64,000 nucleotides of DNA from an uncultured delta proteobacterium. GTDB lineage: Bacteria > Desulfobacterota > Binatia > UBA9968. The notes beneath the pieces were generated by a model. It was not told the origin of the DNA. It saw only the letters and a list, made by a program, of their open reading frames with translations, and made no database searches. This document shows, in pieces, positions 61,029-64,000 of this stretch. The stretch's first letter is position 1, and every line of letters begins with the position of its first letter. The DNA lies in contig CAVTUQ010000019.1 of NCBI GenBank assembly GCA_963737905.1, positions 183,584 through 247,583 on the forward strand, in the 5' to 3' direction. Both the position numbers and the translations under genes were made by a program.

Positions 61029-62664
61029 CTACTTGCTCGCCGGCGCAGCCGCCTTCGGTATGACCTGCAGCACGTAGAAGCCCTTGCCGGCGGCCGTCGG
61101 GAAGTAGACCCGGCCGCCGAAGCCCGGCGGGGTCAGCGAATTAATCGTCAGCGGCTCGAAGAAATCGGACTCGGCGAGGATCTTGCCGGTCGCGGCGTCG
61201 CGCCAGGTCAGCTGATCCTTGTAGTTGTTGGTGAAGATCGCCGCCATCAGCGGCTCCTTCTCGACGTTCTGCTTCGCGTTGGTCAGCAGCAGCACGCGCT
61301 TGTCCTTCGGCCCGATCACCGGTTGGAAGGTGCTGGTCACGTCGTCGACGACGAAGGCCGTCTTCATCTCGCCGCTGGCCTGGTCGAGCTTGATGCCGGC
61401 GACCTTGCCCATGCCCATGTCGGCCGAATAGACCATGCCGTTCTCGGGATCGGCGCCCGCCTTCGGCGGCGCGAAGCTGAATCCGCCGGGCTTGAGCTGG
61501 CCGAAGGGGAAGATCACGTTCTGCTTCTTCGCGTCGTCGCGGTGGATCGCCGCGATGCTCGACGCAACCTCCTTGCTGCCGGCGCCGTTGAGCTGGGTCA
61601 CGATCCAGTCGCCGATCGCGGTCGGCGCGGTGGCAGCGGTCTGGCCCTTCTGGATCGGGAACACGGCCCAGGACTCGTCGGCCGACAGCTTCTTCGCCAC
61701 CGGGTCCCAGAAGTAGCGCCGGATGCTCTCGGCCAAGCCGACGTAGATCGCGATCTTGTCGTGGAACTTCGTGATGATGAACGGCGACGGCGCCGGCTCG
61801 GGTAGTTGCAGCTTGTCCAGCACCTCGAGCGTGTCGGGGTCGACCGCAACCAGCACCGAGTTCGGCATCTTCATGCCGTCCTGGATGCATTTGATGATGC
61901 CCAGCGTGCCCTGCCCGTTGCAGCCGATGGGCCGCGTCTGGTTCTTGTAGATTAGCGTTCGATCGGGCGCGATCGTCAGGTGCTTGAAGTTGGACGAAGC
62001 CGGTGGCGCTTCGCCGGAGGGCAGCGCGGTGATCTTCAGGATCAGGCCGGTTTCGCCGTCGACGAGCATGCATTGTTCGACCAGGACAGTGCGAGGTTGC
62101 CGTTGTCGAGGATGTTCAGGTTGGTGTTGCCGATGTACCAACCCGACGCGCTGGCGTTGTCGAAGTAGGTCCGCCAGATCTCCTTGCCGGTGGTGGCGTC
62201 GGCCTTGGCCAGGTACGGCCCAGCCGGCATCGGGTCACCGGGCGAGGGCACCTCGCCGCCGATGATGTACAGCTCGCCTGGCTTGCGGCTGTTGATGTAG
62301 GCGATGCCCGGGATAGTCGTCGCGCTGCGCCAGGCGTACACCGCGTTCGGGCCGTCGATACGAGCCGAGGAAGGTCGCGCAGGGGAAGTGCCGCTGCGCT
62401 CGCTATCGGAGATCTCGGCGCCGTTGAGCGACGAGTAATAGCCCGGCGTCGGGATCTTCTGCTGGCAGGCAAGCTCCTTCGCGTACAAGCTCACGTCACC
62501 GGGCAACGGGCCGTTGGCGGCGATCTGGTTCGGCGTCAAGCCGACCTTGGCCAGGCGCTGCTCAATCTTCGCGCCGATGACCGACCCGGCCAGCCTGTAA
62601 ACCGCATCGCGCCAGCGCAATGCCGACCTCCAGGTCGCTCCCCTTCATAGAGTTTCGTTGCCAT
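61029..62664 (-). pseudogene. Frameshifted hypothetical protein, probably a beta-propeller
   Basis: Coding-like GC3 bias continues across ORFs 62042..62620 and 61029..62141; DATTGKEIW, DGETG.I and DAATGKI PQQ-like repeats; AAGGAGG RBS upstream of 62664. Confidence 0.6.
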
Positions 62665-62694
62665 TCCTGATTCGTCCTCCTTCGCCGTTGCGCG

Positions 62695-64000
62695 CTACTT
62701 CTTCGGGCCCTTGGCCTCGAACTCCGCCTTGGTCGTGTATTAGCCGCGCGGGTAGTAGGGTCCCATCACGGCTCCTCCATGCCGGGCTTGGTCACGTAGT
62801 CGGGCTCTGTTTCCAGCTCGGGCCGTTGGCGATGAAGCGCAGCATCAGCATGCCGAAGTCGGCGCGGTTCTTCGGCCCGTCGACACCCTCGCCGCGCGGG
62901 CTCCACTCGATCCACGCCACATTGTTCTCGGCGGTCGCATTCGCCGGCCGGTCTTCCTTGCGGCTGTAAACGATCGTGTAATTGCGGTCCTTATCCAGCG
63001 GCACCTGCATGTCGGTGAGCGCGTCGGCGATCTGGCCCGAGGGCATGGACTCGCACTGACCAGCGACCAGTACTGGGTCTGCGCCGCCGGCATCACCTCC
63101 AGCCCCTTGCCGCCGGCACCGGCGTACGTGTTCGGGAAGGTCGGCATTTTGCCGCGCATCACGTATACCGGGCCGAACTTGCGCGAGAGCTGGAGAGCAT
63201 GTACTCGGTCTCGGGATCGCCGCCACCGTCGATCGCGCTCTCATACTTGATCTTGGCCCGCTCAGCGGGCGTCTTGAACGAGCCGAGGATCGAGTACTGG
63301 ATGTTCCAGTACTTCTCCCACCTCGGACCGGGCGCGCCGGCGCGGTGGCCGGTTCAGCGCCGGGTCGTTGCCCTTGGCATGAGCGAGTTGCTCCCACTGC
63401 TCGGCGGTGACCGGCGGCTTGGGAGCCGGCATGGGCCGGCCGAACTGCTTGACGACCTCGGCGGACGAGAGCTTGGTGCCGTCGGCGAGCGTGCCGGTGT
63501 AGGCCGGCAGGCCGGCGCCGTGGCAGGCGTATCCGCCGGGCCCCAGCCCGCGCCGTCGCTGCCCTGGTCGGCGAGATAGGCGCGGTTGACGAACATCAGG
63601 TTGCCGCCGCCGCGGCCGACATACAGCGTGTTGGCCACGCGCTGGACTTCGTCCGCTGGCGGGTTCTCGGCGAGGATGCTTGAGCGTGAAGTTGCGCTTG
63701 TCCGCCAGCCGGTTGGCGCCGATGCGGAAGGGGTTAGTCGATCCCGGATCGGGCTCGATCCGCGCGCCCGACAGGTCCTCGCCGATCGAGACGAAGGTGT
63801 TGTTCTCCTCCTTGTACAGCGCGAACTGGAAATAGCGCGTGTGCGGGAACGCATAATTCAACGTCAGGCTCGCGCCCGCCGGGAGCGCGAGCATGCCGAT
63901 GAAGTAGGTCGACTGCATGTCGGGCCACAGGTTCGGGTTCTGGATCGGCCGCGGGTACTCGAGGTAGTCCCAGTAGCCCCAGCCACGCGGACCGTGGAAC
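62695..64000 (-). pseudogene. Frameshifted hypothetical protein, 5' end beyond the window
   Basis: Coding fragments in alternating frames (LPAGASLTLNYAFPHTRYFQFALY, MRGKMPTFP, QYWSL, VPLDKDRNYTIVYSR..DRPANAT); stop at 62695. Confidence 0.55.

Overview
Gene-dense 64 kb bacterial chromosomal segment. The gene mix (NitT/TauT binding proteins, LLM oxidoreductase, UbiD, ornithine cyclodeaminase, periodic intergenic repeats) suggests a soil Deltaproteobacteria/Binatia-like genome; this is inference only. Housekeeping and envelope genes include asnS, msrB, msrPQ, mtgA, mutY, bfr, mltA, three MscS channels and several MFS/ABC transporters. Main accessory features: (1) 9321-14163, an IS91-family HUH transposase plus tyrosine recombinase element with GTTCAAG ends, joined exactly at the AAC of the first site of a four-attC integron-type cassette array (hydrolase, decayed methyltransferase, TIR-domain protein), with no true intI in the window; (2) a missed selenoprotein (UxxC TlpA/DipZ-like thioredoxin with a SECIS-like hairpin) upstream of msrP-msrQ; (3) an 18-20 bp DosR-box-like palindrome ATTGGACTWWRGTCCAAT found four times, upstream of an OmpA lipoprotein, a symporter, pqiABC and an arylsulfatase; (4) an AT-rich islet with an AbiEii-type pair lacking the GGTAL motif; (5) a 41-64 kb envelope/sulfatase island with an unusual secreted nucleotidyltransferase-like/nucleoside-phosphorylase fusion, gene remnants and frameshifts. 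No rRNA, tRNA or CRISPR array was recognised. All calls come from motif recognition by eye, without database searches.
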